Assembly (NCBI GenBank): GCA_965223155.1
Contig: CBDCVR010000015.1
Span: 768,001-832,000 of the forward strand
From: Candidatus Multivoradales bacterium
GTDB taxonomy: Bacteria; Acidobacteriota; Thermoanaerobaculia; Multivoradales; JAHEKO01
Direction of reading: 5' to 3'
Length of the DNA: 64,000 bases
The position numbers and the translations under genes are program-made. Positions 40,917 to 51,125 of the stretch are shown piece after piece; within the stretch, counting starts at the first letter, position 1, and each line of letters starts with the position of its first letter. Below the pieces are notes generated by a model. The model searched no databases. It was not told where the DNA came from and saw only the letters and a list, made by a program, of their open reading frames with translations.

Positions 40917-43276
40917 GAAGCGCTTCCCCGCCCGGCCGGTCGGCCCGAAGCCGCACCGGCGGAAGCAACGGCGATCGGCGCGCCTAGAATTCCGTCGGGA
41001 ATCCCCAAGCTCTCGACCAGACCGGCCGCCTCAGGGCGAAGCTCGACGCAAATCCGGAGCACCAGATCCCGGATGGCCTGCGACTTCTGGCCTTCGAAGT
41101 AGCCGTTCTCGAGAAACCAGCCGCGCCGCGCCTCGAGCCGCCACAGGCAATAGAGGGTCGCCAGGCGGTCCAGAATATGGCCCAGAGATTCGCCCTGATG
41201 TGCCTGGGCCTGGTCCAAGGCGGCCTCGGCCACGACTCGCTCGACGTGGGCGCCGGCCATGCGCAGCACATGATCCTGGCAGTCGTTGAACGCCTCGAAG
41301 GTCTCCATGCCGCGACCCAAGCGCCGCCTCAATCGTCCCGCCAACGTGGCGAGCAAACGGTCCTCCCGGTAGCGGAAAGCGCCGCGCAGGAACTCCGGAT
41401 CCTGCAGGTGCTCATCGTCGGTCAGGCGCGTCACCACGGGATTGAGCTCGGTGACCGCGGTCTTGGCCTTGTCGGCCAGGTACCGAACGACGCCGGCGGC
41501 GCGCAGATCGGCGAACTGATGCCGGTACTCGGTCAGGCGAGCCTTCGCCACCAAGAACATGAGCACCGTGTTGTCGCCCTCGAAGGTGGTGAAGACGTCG
41601 GTGTCGTCGCGCAAGCGCGAGATGCGGTTCTCGGCCAGGTACCCCTTGGCGCCACAAGCTTCCCGGCAGACCTGAAGAGTGTCGACGTTGAAGCGAGAGG
41701 CGTAGACCTTGAGGCCGGCGGCAAGCGTCTCGACCTGCCGGGCGGACTCCTCGGAGCGCTCCAGGAACGCCGCCACCAGCCGCTTGTGGGCGAAGCGCAG
41801 CGCGAAGACCGTGGCCAAGCGCGGCAAGAGCTTGCGCTGATGGGCCTTGTAATCCAGAAGCAGGGTCTCGGGCCTGCCCGGGGGACCGAACTGCCTGCGC
41901 CGGAGCGCGTAGCGAGTCGCGATCGCCAGGCCGGTCGCGGCCGAGCTGATCGAAGCTCCGGCGACGCTGACGCGGCCGCCGACCAAGGTCCCGAGCATGG
42001 TGAAGAAGCGCTTGTTGGCGCTCGCGATCGGGCTCGAGTAGGAGCCCTCCGCGTCGACGCCGCCGAACCGGTCGAGCAGGCTTTGGCGCGGGACGCGGAC
42101 GTCATCGAAGGCGATACGGCCGTTGTCGACGCCGTTCAGTCCTTCCTTGAGGCCGCAGTCTTCGATCGCGACACCGGGCATCGGATTGCCCTCGGCGTCG
42201 CGAATGGGTACCAGAAACGCGTGAACGCCAAAGCCATCGCCGTCGATCTCGAGCTGGGCAAAGACGGTGGCCAGGCGGCCGTCCCGAGCGGCGTTGCCGA
42301 TCCAGTCCTTGCGGTCGACCACGGTCGGCGTCGAGATCACGAACTCGTCGGTCGCCGGATCGTAGCGGGCCCGGGTCTCGAGCTCCTGAACGTTCGAGCC
42401 GTGGCCGGTCTCCGACATCGCGAAGCAGCCTGGAAGATCCATCGAACCGATGGCTTCGAGGTACGCCTCGTGATGGCGCTTGCCGCCGAGCTGAAGGACG
42501 CTGCCGCCGAAGAGTCCGAACTGGACGCCGAACTTGACCAGGAGGCTGGTGTCGTGGTGCGCCAGGGTGTCGAAAGCGGCCAGAAACGCGCCGAGATCGT
42601 CGGCGCCGCCGTAGCGACGCGGGTAGCTCAAGGCGCCGACTCCTTCCCCGGCGAGCCTCCGGCACCAGCGGGTGACCTGGGCGCGGTGCTCGGTACGGGT
42701 GGGCTCGGCGAGGTAGCCGAACTCGGATTGGCTGAGCAAGCTCCGCAGCCGTTCCCGGATCTCCTGGTAGGGCCGCTCGATCAGCGTCTGGAGCTCCTCC
42801 GGGCGAAACGAGAGCTCCTCGTCGGCTCCGTCTTCGGGCGCCGGACGCTTTCCGTGGACGAGCTCGCGAGACACCTCCCGGCCCGCGACACCCAGGGCCC
42901 CTTCGATCGTGGCGAGCGCTTCTCGGGTCGCCTCGTCGGCGTCCTCCCCTGCCGGCAAGAGGCCCACGCCGAGCTCGGCCAGGGACAGCCGGGCCTCGGG
43001 CGAAAGGCCACCGGCGGTCTGCCGGATGGTGCGCAGGATGGCCGCGAGGTCGCGAGCCGAGGGCGGATCCTCCGGATCCAGCCAGCCGGCGAGGCGCTCG
43101 CGGCAGCCTGCGTCGAGCCCTCCCTGGGCGGCTACCTGGTCGGCGATGGCGGAAAACTCCCCGGCCGTCAGCTCGCCGTCGGCCCAGGCCACGTAGACCA
43201 GAGGCAGGAACGGCAGCAGCGGCCGGTCTTCGGCCAGCTGCTGGACCGCGTCCTCGACCCGTCCCGAATCAGTCAT
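40913..43276 (-). CDS. Acyl-CoA oxidase/dehydrogenase with N-terminal TerB-like extension
   Basis: [28 protein letters not shown] and TFEGDNTVL motifs; start set at ATG 43276 after GGAGG. Confidence 0.9.
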   Translation of the reverse strand: MTDSGRVEDAVQQLAEDRPLLPFLPLVYVAWADGELTAGEFSAIADQVAAQGGLDAGCRERLAGWLDPEDPPSARDLAAILRTIRQTAGGLSPEARLSLAELGVGLLPAGEDADEATREALATIEGALGVAGREVSRELVHGKRPAPEDGADEELSFRPEELQTLIERPYQEIRERLRSLLSQSEFGYLAEPTRTEHRAQVTRWCRRLAGEGVGALSYPRRYGGADDLGAFLAAFDTLAHHDTSLLVKFGVQFGLFGGSVLQLGGKRHHEAYLEAIGSMDLPGCFAMSETGHGSNVQELETRARYDPATDEFVISTPTVVDRKDWIGNAARDGRLATVFAQLEIDGDGFGVHAFLVPIRDAEGNPMPGVAIEDCGLKEGLNGVDNGRIAFDDVRVPRQSLLDRFGGVDAEGSYSSPIASANKRFFTMLGTLVGGRVSVAGASISSAATGLAIATRYALRRRQFGPPGRPETLLLDYKAHQRKLLPRLATVFALRFAHKRLVAAFLERSEESARQVETLAAGLKVYASRFNVDTLQVCREACGAKGYLAENRISRLRDDTDVFTTFEGDNTVLMFLVAKARLTEYRHQFADLRAAGVVRYLADKAKTAVTELNPVVTRLTDDEHLQDPEFLRGAFRYREDRLLATLAGRLRRRLGRGMETFEAFNDCQDHVLRMAGAHVERVVAEAALDQAQAHQGESLGHILDRLATLYCLWRLEARRGWFLENGYFEGQKSQAIRDLVLRICVELRPEAAGLVESLGIPDGILGAPIAVASAGAASGRPAGRGSAS

Positions 43277-43616
43277 CGCCGGCCTCCCGGACCCCAAAAT
43301 AGAGCAGCCGTAAAGCGTCGTCGGTGTCGTTTTCGATCTCGTGGACCTCACCGGGCTGGATGACCCAGCACTCGTCGGCGCCGAGCCGGTTCTCGCGGCC
43401 GTCGATCCTCAAGGCGCCCCCGCCCGAGCGGACGAAGAAAACCTCCCACATGTCGTCGTGGGCGTGGCCGGGCGCCTTGTCTCCGGGCTCGAAAACCGCT
43501 TCCGAGAAATTGGTGAGGCCGGGGATCTCTCCCGGGTCGAGCATCACTCGCTTCCGGATCCCGGGGTTGTGCGACACGGCGCGTGTCTCGAGCGCTGCTA
43601 ACGCACGGCGCAACAT
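43269..43616 (-). CDS. Cupin domain protein
   Basis: HAHDDMWEVFFV...PGEVHEIEN cupin motifs. Confidence 0.9.
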   Translation of the reverse strand: MLRRALAALETRAVSHNPGIRKRVMLDPGEIPGLTNFSEAVFEPGDKAPGHAHDDMWEVFFVRSGGGALRIDGRENRLGADECWVIQPGEVHEIENDTDDALRLLYFGVREAGDD

Positions 43617-43696
43617 AGTCCGATTCTAGGGGCTTGCTGAAAAACTTTCATAGGTTGCTTTGCGGCGGCGTGGCCGCCGCCGGGGCGTTGGCGCTT

Positions 43697-45547
43697 CTAG
43701 TCCGGTGGCCCCGCGTCGAAACGCCAGCGCGCCTCTAGCCGCTCCAGCCGGTCCTCCATTTGCCGCCGCAGCGTCTCGTCCTCGGTATGGTCGATGGCTC
43801 GGTCGAAGAAGGCCAAGCCCTCTTGCCAACGCTCGGCGTCGAACGCCTCCCTCGCCGCCAGGAGGAGCTCGGCGCGCCGAACCTCATCGCGCAACCGAGC
43901 CGTCTCCGAGTCTTCGGCGAGCGCCGCATAGCGGCCCTCCACCAACCGCCCGGCGGCAGCGGTATCGCCGGCCTTCAAGAGAAGCCGCACCTCGACCGCC
44001 ACGGGCTCCGGTCGCGTCGGCGCCAGCGCCACTGCCCGCCGCGCCGCGCCCAGGCCGTCGGCGGCGTCGAGGCCTGGCAGAAGATGGCTGGCGGCATAGC
44101 GCAGCTGTGCCTCGGTCCAGCCGGGCTCGGCGACCCGGGCCTCCGCGAAGGCCGCGCGCGCCTCCAAGACGAGGGCCTTCCGGGCCTCGGCGTCGAGCTC
44201 GCCGTCCTGCTGGTAGCGCCGGATCAAGTGACGGCCCCGGCGCAGGTGACTCTTGGGCAGCTCGACACCCGCGGCCACGGCCTCGTCGAATAGGAGTCCC
44301 GCTTCGGCCAGACGGCCCTCGCCATCACGCAGCCAGGCGATTCCGGAAAGGACATCGCCATCTTCTGGATCCTCGGCCAAAGCCCACTCGTAGAAGCGCT
44401 CGGCACGCCCCGGCGCACCGGCCAGGGACGCGAGGTCGCCGAAGATGCGCAAGAGCTCGGCGGACTCGAGCGGGCGTTCTGCGATCGAACCCTCGGCCTT
44501 CTCCGCCCGGGTCGCCTGCTCCTCCTGGTCTCCATGCTCCGCCTGGCCCTCCCGCTCCGCGAGACCAGGCCGGGTCACCTGCTCCATCTGCTCCACCGGC
44601 TCTACCGGCTCTACCGGCTCCACGAGACCCGGCCGGACCGGCGCCAGGCCGAGCCTCCCTATGTGGGCTCGCAGACGGCGCTCGAACTCGGCCGCGCTCA
44701 GATCGACGACTTCGTAGAGCGCGCGCTCGGGATCCCTCCCCTCGTGCAAGCGCTCAAAGAGCTCGGCCAGCCGCTCCGCACCCGTTTCGTCGTGCAACAG
44801 AAAATGGACGAGCCCCCAGGAGACGGCGTAGAAGTGGGCAGCGTCCTCGGGATCCCGTGACCCTGGCCGCCGATGGCCGTCATCGCCGGTGTAGCTCAGG
44901 ACTCGATCCAGACCCACCGGCTTTGCCCGCCGCCACCAACCGAGGTGCCGCGGCACCGGGCCGCGCCAACCGTCAGGAGCCGCCGTGGCGCCTCCGCCGT
45001 GTGCGGACGCGAGCCCTCCGTAGTACTCCGCCAAGCCTTCGTTCAGCCATAGCGGGATGCGCGGCAGGTTCTGGCCAAGGATCTGGTGCACGTACTCGTG
45101 CACCACGACTCCCATTCCGACCTCGAGGCGGTCGCTGACGCGAAGCAGGATGAAGTTGCCCTCGGGATGCGCCAGGAAATGGCCCAGAACCGTTCCCGTG
45201 AGCGAGCCCTCGCCGCCCAGCAAGCCGTCAAAGTGCGAGGCGAGAGAGAAGGCGAGGATCTCGGTCGGCGCCCGCAGCTCGAGGTCGAGAGCCGGCGCGG
45301 ACCTGGCCAAAGCGCCATGAAAGCGCTCGAGGTCTCCGAGAACGCGGCCGGCGGTCTCCGCCGGAGCATCGGTCAGGAGCATGAACGACGGCGATGCGAA
45401 CCGCCGCCAGGCGCTCGGGTCGAGATCGCCGTCACCGCCGCCGGCCGGTGCTGCGACCGCGCAAACAAACGCCAGCAAGATCGTCGCGGCCGGCGCCAGA
45501 GAACCTTTCAGAGAACCCCTCGGAACTGTCATTTCGGCGGCCGCCAA
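43697..45547 (-). CDS. Exported gluzincin-like (HExxH) domain plus TPR protein
   Basis: VVHEYVH...PLWLNEGLAEYY; FYAVSWGLVHFL; TPR-like helices. Confidence 0.75.
   Translation of the reverse strand: MAAAEMTVPRGSLKGSLAPAATILLAFVCAVAAPAGGGDGDLDPSAWRRFASPSFMLLTDAPAETAGRVLGDLERFHGALARSAPALDLELRAPTEILAFSLASHFDGLLGGEGSLTGTVLGHFLAHPEGNFILLRVSDRLEVGMGVVVHEYVHQILGQNLPRIPLWLNEGLAEYYGGLASAHGGGATAAPDGWRGPVPRHLGWWRRAKPVGLDRVLSYTGDDGHRRPGSRDPEDAAHFYAVSWGLVHFLLHDETGAERLAELFERLHEGRDPERALYEVVDLSAAEFERRLRAHIGRLGLAPVRPGLVEPVEPVEPVEQMEQVTRPGLAEREGQAEHGDQEEQATRAEKAEGSIAERPLESAELLRIFGDLASLAGAPGRAERFYEWALAEDPEDGDVLSGIAWLRDGEGRLAEAGLLFDEAVAAGVELPKSHLRRGRHLIRRYQQDGELDAEARKALVLEARAAFAEARVAEPGWTEAQLRYAASHLLPGLDAADGLGAARRAVALAPTRPEPVAVEVRLLLKAGDTAAAGRLVEGRYAALAEDSETARLRDEVRRAELLLAAREAFDAERWQEGLAFFDRAIDHTEDETLRRQMEDRLERLEARWRFDAGPPD
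44490..44622 (-). repeat. In-frame 9-bp and 18-bp degenerate tandem repeats
   Basis: gagccggta gagccggta gagccggtg gagcagatg gagcaggtg (EPVEPVEPVEQMEQV), then 18-bp GAG-led units. Confidence 0.7.
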
Positions 45548-45611
45548 GAGACCGGTAGCCTATCATCGGGGCCGACGCCGCGAGCCGCATGTTGGAAGCC
45601 AAAGACGGCTG

Positions 45612-45959
45612 ATGCATGGCGGAGCGAGCCCTTGGAATCTCGACGTGCCCGAACCCGCGACTCTCTTTCTGCCCGACACCCTCTGCGACTTTGACTCGGT
45701 ACGCGAGATCGAGGAACCGCTCGATCACTTGCTCATCGCCCAGGGCCTGGGCGAGGTCGTGGGTGGCGGCATTGGCAAAGGGTGGTACCGGTTCGAGCTC
45801 GAGGTCGTCGACTTCGACGCCAGCCTCCGGTGCCTTGCCGGGTGCGCCGGAGAGCTGAGACTTCCGCCCGGGAGCCTCCTCCGGGACGCCGCCGGCCGCG
45901 ACCTTGCGGTATCGCCGAGATCGCCAGTAGCGGTCGAAGAGTCCCCCAAACCGGCCTGA
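45612..45959 (+). CDS. Hypothetical protein
   Basis: Globular-looking IEEPLDHLLIAQGLGEVVGGGIG...FELEVVDF...LPPGSLL; fills the gap between genes; start uncertain. Confidence 0.6.
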   Translation: MHGGASPWNLDVPEPATLFLPDTLCDFDSVREIEEPLDHLLIAQGLGEVVGGGIGKGWYRFELEVVDFDASLRCLAGCAGELRLPPGSLLRDAAGRDLAVSPRSPVAVEESPKPA

Positions 45960-46033
45960 CGGCGGCGCGCCGCCGGGCGAGCCAGCTCGGAAAGACCGGG
46001 ACCGGCCGATCGGCGGACCTCGCCCGACTCCCG

Positions 46034-46804
46034 TCAGCCCAGCCAGGAACCCAGAAGCCAGAGTCCCGACACCGTCACCACCACCAGCAAGAACCAGTGC
46101 ACGAACTCGGCGCCGCGGTGCCGGGCCACCTGGGTGGCCGCCAGCGCACCCAGCATGTTGCCGGAGGCAAGGACAAGGCCCGGCCCCCAGGCCACCTGGC
46201 CGTGGACGACGAAGACGGCGAGCGCCGCCGCGGTAAAGAGAAGGATGATCAGCACCTTGACCGCGTTGGCACGTACGACGTCGAAACCGGCGCCCAGCAC
46301 CAGAACCACGAGCAGAAAGATGCCGACCCCAGCCTGCAGGAATCCGCCGTACATGCCGACCAGAAAGAGCGCCAGCCAGACCTTGGGTTCGCGGGCCGTC
46401 GCGGCCGCCTGGGCTCGGTCGGGCCGGGCTCCGGCGAGCCAGCGTTGGGGGCGCGCCGCCAGGATGGGCACCATCAAGAGAAAGAGCGCGCCGATCGTTC
46501 GCCGCAACAGCGTCTCGTCCAGATCCACCGCCAGCCGGGCACCTAGGAGAGCACCGAGGAGAGCCGGCAACGCCAGCCAGGCGCCGTGGCGGAGCTCCAG
46601 CATGCCGAAACTCTTGTAACGCGAGACCGCGACCACGTTCTGGAGCAAGATCGCCAGTCGGTTGGTGCCGTTGGCGACGGTCGGCGGCAGTCCCAAGAAG
46701 ATCAGCGCCGGCAAGGTCACCAGCGAGCCGCTGCCGGCCAGCGTATTGACGAAGCCGGCGACGAAACCGGCGACGACCAGCAAAGGGTACGCGTAGGGCT
46801 CCAT
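46034..46804 (-). CDS. TauE/SafE (TSUP) family membrane protein
   Basis: AGFVNTLAGSGSLVTLPAL, ANGTN, YGGFLQAGVG and ANAVK motifs. Confidence 0.9.
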   Translation of the reverse strand: MEPYAYPLLVVAGFVAGFVNTLAGSGSLVTLPALIFLGLPPTVANGTNRLAILLQNVVAVSRYKSFGMLELRHGAWLALPALLGALLGARLAVDLDETLLRRTIGALFLLMVPILAARPQRWLAGARPDRAQAAATAREPKVWLALFLVGMYGGFLQAGVGIFLLVVLVLGAGFDVVRANAVKVLIILLFTAAALAVFVVHGQVAWGPGLVLASGNMLGALAATQVARHRGAEFVHWFLLVVVTVSGLWLLGSWLG

Positions 46805-46910
46805 CCCGAACCGGATGCTACTCTGTGCGCCGTCGAACACCCCGGAGCCGCCCGGCGGCGGCAGTCATTCAATGGCCCACCCAGCCTCATCAACAGGATC
46901 GGGAGCAAGC

Positions 46911-47453
46911 ATGACTTGGTTGATCTTCGCGCTCATGACCGTGGCCTCCTGGGGGCTCTACGGCGTCTTTCTGCACGCCGGCCAGTCCGCCATGGGCGAT
47001 CCGGAGCTGGGCCGGTACAAGGCGTTCCTGTTCGTGGGGATCGCCTACTTCGTGACCGCGGTGCTGGCGCCGCTCGCGATTCTGGCCGGCGGCGGCACCG
47101 ACTGGTCGTTTCCCTCGGGCGGGATTCTCTGGTCGCTCCTGGCCGGCCTCGTCGGCGCCGCGGGCGCCTTCTGCGTGCTACTCGCCTTCGGCGCCAAGGG
47201 CAGCCCGGCGGTCGTCATGTCGATCATCTTTGCCGGGGCACCGATCGTCAACGCCATCGTGGCCCTTGCCTGGCATCCGCCGGCTGGCGGCTTCGGCTCG
47301 CTACGCTGGCAATTCGTCGCCGGCATTCTCCTGGCTGCCCTGGGCGGCTTCCTGGTCACGAAGTACAAGCCCGCACCGGGACCGGGTTCGGCCGCCGGGC
47401 CGGCGCCCGCCCAGACCGTAGCTTCCGCCCAGCCGTCCGAGCTTTCCGACTAG
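46911..47453 (+). CDS. Small 5-TM membrane protein (EamA/DMT-like half transporter)
   Basis: MTWLIFALMTVASWGLYG...VMSIIFAGAPIVNAIV; about 5 hydrophobic helices; GGGAG RBS. Confidence 0.8.
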   Translation: MTWLIFALMTVASWGLYGVFLHAGQSAMGDPELGRYKAFLFVGIAYFVTAVLAPLAILAGGGTDWSFPSGGILWSLLAGLVGAAGAFCVLLAFGAKGSPAVVMSIIFAGAPIVNAIVALAWHPPAGGFGSLRWQFVAGILLAALGGFLVTKYKPAPGPGSAAGPAPAQTVASAQPSELSD

Positions 47454-48544
47454 GGCCTGCTCCCGGAACTACGGCTGCCACGGTCCGGCCGGATCAGCAC
47501 CTTGACGCAGCCGGCTTCGCGCCGGGCGAAGCGCTCGTACATGGCGGGCGCTTCTTCGAGCCCGATGCGGTGGGTGAGCATGGCGGCTAGCTGCCGGCCG
47601 CGCCGGGCGGCTAGCTCCAGGGCCTCTTCGAGATAGGCGCGTGCCGAGCACCGGCCGGCGCGGTAGGTCAGGTTCTTGTCGTAGAGCTCGCCGGGAGAGA
47701 ACGCAAAGCCCGCCTCGGTATGAACGCCTGCCGCCGCGATCGCGCCGCCGCTCCGAACGAGATCGAAGGCCAGCCGCGAGGCCTCCGGCGAGCCCACCAG
47801 CTCGAGCACCGCGTCGGCGCCCCGGCCCGAGGTCGCCTCTCGCAGGCGCGCGCCCCCTTCGTCGGGCGCGAGCGCCGTCGCCCCGAAGCTTTCCGCCAGC
47901 TTCCGGCGGCTGGCCACGGGGTCGAGCGCAAACACCTTCTCCGCGCCGCGCTCGAACGCCGCCAGGATCGCCGCCAGGCCCACCGGGCCGCAGCCGACGA
48001 CCGCGGCACGGGTCCCCAGCCGGACACCGGCGGCGTCGGCGGCAAAGAGCCCGGTGGCGAGAACGTCGCCGGCCAGAAGCAAGCACTCGGCCGCAGTCTC
48101 GGTGCCAGCAGCGGCCTCGTCAGCGCCCGGCAGAGCGACCAGGGTCGAGTCGGCCATCGGCACGCGCACAAACTCGGCCTGGCCGCCGTGAAGTCCCCGA
48201 CCCTCCTCGCGCCAGCCGAAGAGCTGGCCGGACTCGCAGCGGGCAGTGAGTCCCCGAGCGCAGAAGAAGCACTCCCCGCACGAGGTCGAAAACGGGGCCA
48301 CGACCCTGCTGCCGACGTCAATCCCAGCCTCCGCGCCCCGTGCCACCACGCGGCCGAGGAATTCGTGCCCCATGACGGTGCCGGCCTCGAGACCCGGCTC
48401 GCGGCCGGTGAAGGGATGGAGATCCGAGCCGCAAATCGCCGCCACCTCGATCTGGACGATCACGTCTGTCGAGGCCTCAAGCCCCGGATCTTCGACCGTC
48501 TCGGCCGCGACTTCGAAGGGCTGGTGAAAGACGAGCGCCCTCAT
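47450..48544 (-). CDS. Zinc-dependent alcohol dehydrogenase (MDR)
   Basis: ICGSDLH, GHEFLG, CGECFFCARGLTARC and GCGPVG motifs; start MRALVFH. Confidence 0.92.
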   Translation of the reverse strand: MRALVFHQPFEVAAETVEDPGLEASTDVIVQIEVAAICGSDLHPFTGREPGLEAGTVMGHEFLGRVVARGAEAGIDVGSRVVAPFSTSCGECFFCARGLTARCESGQLFGWREEGRGLHGGQAEFVRVPMADSTLVALPGADEAAAGTETAAECLLLAGDVLATGLFAADAAGVRLGTRAAVVGCGPVGLAAILAAFERGAEKVFALDPVASRRKLAESFGATALAPDEGGARLREATSGRGADAVLELVGSPEASRLAFDLVRSGGAIAAAGVHTEAGFAFSPGELYDKNLTYRAGRCSARAYLEEALELAARRGRQLAAMLTHRIGLEEAPAMYERFARREAGCVKVLIRPDRGSRSSGSRP

Positions 48545-48764
48545 ACCGCGGGAAGTATCTCCCGACTTCGCAGAATCCAGGCCAAACACTGCAACCTCTG
48601 ACGTCTCACACGTAGTTCTCTTGGAGGTTCGACCGAGCGTGGGGCCGAGAGCTTGGCTCCGGCAGACGGCTCGCCGGCCCCAACAGCCGGCGCAACGCTT
48701 TCGGTAAGATCGGGCCTCTTGCGCCCGGTTCGGGCAACACTCCATCAGCAAGGAATTTCAAGCT

Positions 48765-51074
48765 ATGCAACGAATGGCGATTCTCCTTTCCGTGGCTGGC
48801 CTCGCCGCGGCCTGCGCCTCAACGCCGGCCGCCGCGCCGCCGCCGGCCGGCGCACCCAGCGCCACCGCGAGGACCGAACAGGTCAAGGCGGCAGTCCCCG
48901 CTACTTCGACCCACTGGTGGGCTCACTGGCGCGGACCCTCTCGCAACGGCGTTTCCGCCGAGACCGGGCTCATCTCGAGCTGGTCGATTGACGGCGAGAA
49001 CCTTCTCTGGAAGGTGCCGCTGGTGGCGCGCTCGACCCCGATCGTCCTGGGCGACCGGGTGTGCACGAATGGCCGGGTTGGAGAGGACATCCTCCGTCAG
49101 GAAATGGTTGCCTGCTTCGACGTCGCCACCGGCGAGAAGCTCTGGGAGCACCGCTTCAACGTCTTCCACACTTCGGTGCCCTGGACCCGAGTCGGCTGGG
49201 CCAACCTGGCCGGCGACCCCGAGACCGGCTACCTCTACGCCCAGGGTGTCGCCGGGATCTTCTTGTGTCTCGACAGCGCCACCGGCGAGGTCGTCTGGTC
49301 GCGACGCTTCATCGAAGAGTACGGCTTCATGGAGGGCTACGGCGGGCGCACTCAGACGCCGCTGGTGGACGGCGACAAGGTCGTCATCACTTTCTCGAAT
49401 ACTTCCTGGGGTAGCGAGGGCCGGCCGCTTCATCGCCTGCGGGCCTTCGACAAGCGCACCGGGGAGCTCCTCTGGGTCTCGCAGCCGGCGCCGTCTCAGG
49501 CCGACAAGAACACCCAGTCCACGCCCAATGTGCTCGAGGTAGACGGCCGGCGCCTGATCGTCGCCGGCAACGGCGGCGGCGGCATCTACGCGGTCGAAGC
49601 CGAGACCGGCGAGCCGGTCTGGGGCTTCCAGCTTTCGAAGCGCGGCATCAACACCTCCGTCGTCGTCGACGGCACCCGCGTCTTTGCCTCGCACTCCGAG
49701 GAGAACTTCGACGAAGGCTCGATGGGCCGGGTGGTCGCGATCGACGGCACCGGCTCGGGCGACGTCACCGCGACCCACGAGATCTGGCGCGCGCCGATCT
49801 CGGCCGGGTTCGGCTCCCACGCCTTGGCCGACGGCGTGCTCTACGTGCTTGACAACTCGGCCAATCTCTACGCCCTGGACGCCGATACCGGCGAAGCCTT
49901 CTGGGAGCTCAATATCGGCCGGGTCGGCAAAGCCTCGCCGGTCCTGGCCGACGGCAAGCTCTACGTCACCGAGGTCAATGGCCAACTGGTCATCCTCGAG
50001 CTGGGCGACGGCGAGCCGGAGATCCTGGACATCGAAGAGATACCGATGCCGGACGGGCGAGCCGCCGAGATCTACGGCTCGGTCGCCATCGCCGACGGCC
50101 GCATCTTTTTCACCACCGAGGAGGGTCTCTACGCCTTGGGCGGCGAGGGAGCGGGAACCGGCACCGACACGGCGACGGCCGCCGCGACCCGGTCCGGCGC
50201 CGGCCCGGCGAGCGATTCACCTACCGGTCCGGCCGCGCGATTGCGCGTCGTGCCGGCGGACGTGACCCTGCGCTCGGATGAGTCGGCCGACTTCCGCGCC
50301 CTGGCGTTCGACGCCACCGGCCGGCCGCTGGGCGAGCAAGCCGTAACCTGGTCGCTCGCCGGTCTAGACGGATCGATCGACGCCGACGGCGTCTACGACC
50401 CCGAGGGCTCGCCCTCGAGTACCGGGTTCGTAGTCGCCACGGTCGGCGACCTCGAGGCCCGCGGCCGGGTGCGAGCTCTCAGCCATCTGCCCCTGGAAGA
50501 AGACTTCGAATCGACCGAACCGGGAGCCAAGCCTCCGTACATGATGGCCTATCTTGCCCGCTTCGCGGTCGCGGACCTCGACGGCAACCGCGTTCTCGCC
50601 AAGGGCCCCTCCCCGGTCAAGATCCACCGGCACATCACCTTCCTGGGACACCCGGACGAGTCCGGATACACCATCGAAGCCGATCTGATGGGGACCCGCA
50701 AGCGGCGCACGATGCCCGACGTCGGCCTCATCAACTCGGGCTACACGATGGAGTTGCTGGGCAATCACCAGCGCGTGCAGGTACGGTCCTGGCAGTCGGG
50801 CTTACGCATGATGCAGCAGATCGATTTCGCCTGGAGCGAAGACACCTGGTACCGGATGAAGCTCTCGGTCGACACCGAGGGGTCCGGCGCCGACGCCAAG
50901 GCCGTGGTGCGCGGCAAGGTCTGGCCCAAGACCGAAGCCGAACCCGAGGACTGGACGATCACGGTCGAGGATCCCCTGCCGATCCCACGCGGCGCGCCCG
51001 GCCTGTCCGGTTACTCACCGACGCCGATCTACTTCGACAACATTCGGGTCGTCTCGAACGACCAGGCTCATTAG
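48765..51074 (+). CDS. PQQ-like beta-propeller lipoprotein with C-terminal Ig-like and beta-sandwich domains
   Basis: Lipobox LAAAC; WAHWRGPSRNG; repeated A/C-x-D-xx-TG-xx-W blades. Confidence 0.85.
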   Translation: MQRMAILLSVAGLAAACASTPAAAPPPAGAPSATARTEQVKAAVPATSTHWWAHWRGPSRNGVSAETGLISSWSIDGENLLWKVPLVARSTPIVLGDRVCTNGRVGEDILRQEMVACFDVATGEKLWEHRFNVFHTSVPWTRVGWANLAGDPETGYLYAQGVAGIFLCLDSATGEVVWSRRFIEEYGFMEGYGGRTQTPLVDGDKVVITFSNTSWGSEGRPLHRLRAFDKRTGELLWVSQPAPSQADKNTQSTPNVLEVDGRRLIVAGNGGGGIYAVEAETGEPVWGFQLSKRGINTSVVVDGTRVFASHSEENFDEGSMGRVVAIDGTGSGDVTATHEIWRAPISAGFGSHALADGVLYVLDNSANLYALDADTGEAFWELNIGRVGKASPVLADGKLYVTEVNGQLVILELGDGEPEILDIEEIPMPDGRAAEIYGSVAIADGRIFFTTEEGLYALGGEGAGTGTDTATAAATRSGAGPASDSPTGPAARLRVVPADVTLRSDESADFRALAFDATGRPLGEQAVTWSLAGLDGSIDADGVYDPEGSPSSTGFVVATVGDLEARGRVRALSHLPLEEDFESTEPGAKPPYMMAYLARFAVADLDGNRVLAKGPSPVKIHRHITFLGHPDESGYTIEADLMGTRKRRTMPDVGLINSGYTMELLGNHQRVQVRSWQSGLRMMQQIDFAWSEDTWYRMKLSVDTEGSGADAKAVVRGKVWPKTEAEPEDWTITVEDPLPIPRGAPGLSGYSPTPIYFDNIRVVSNDQAH

Positions 51075-51125
51075 AACCCCCTTCAGAAAACGACCCGTTC
51101 TTTCGACCGAGAGGAACCCAAGACA

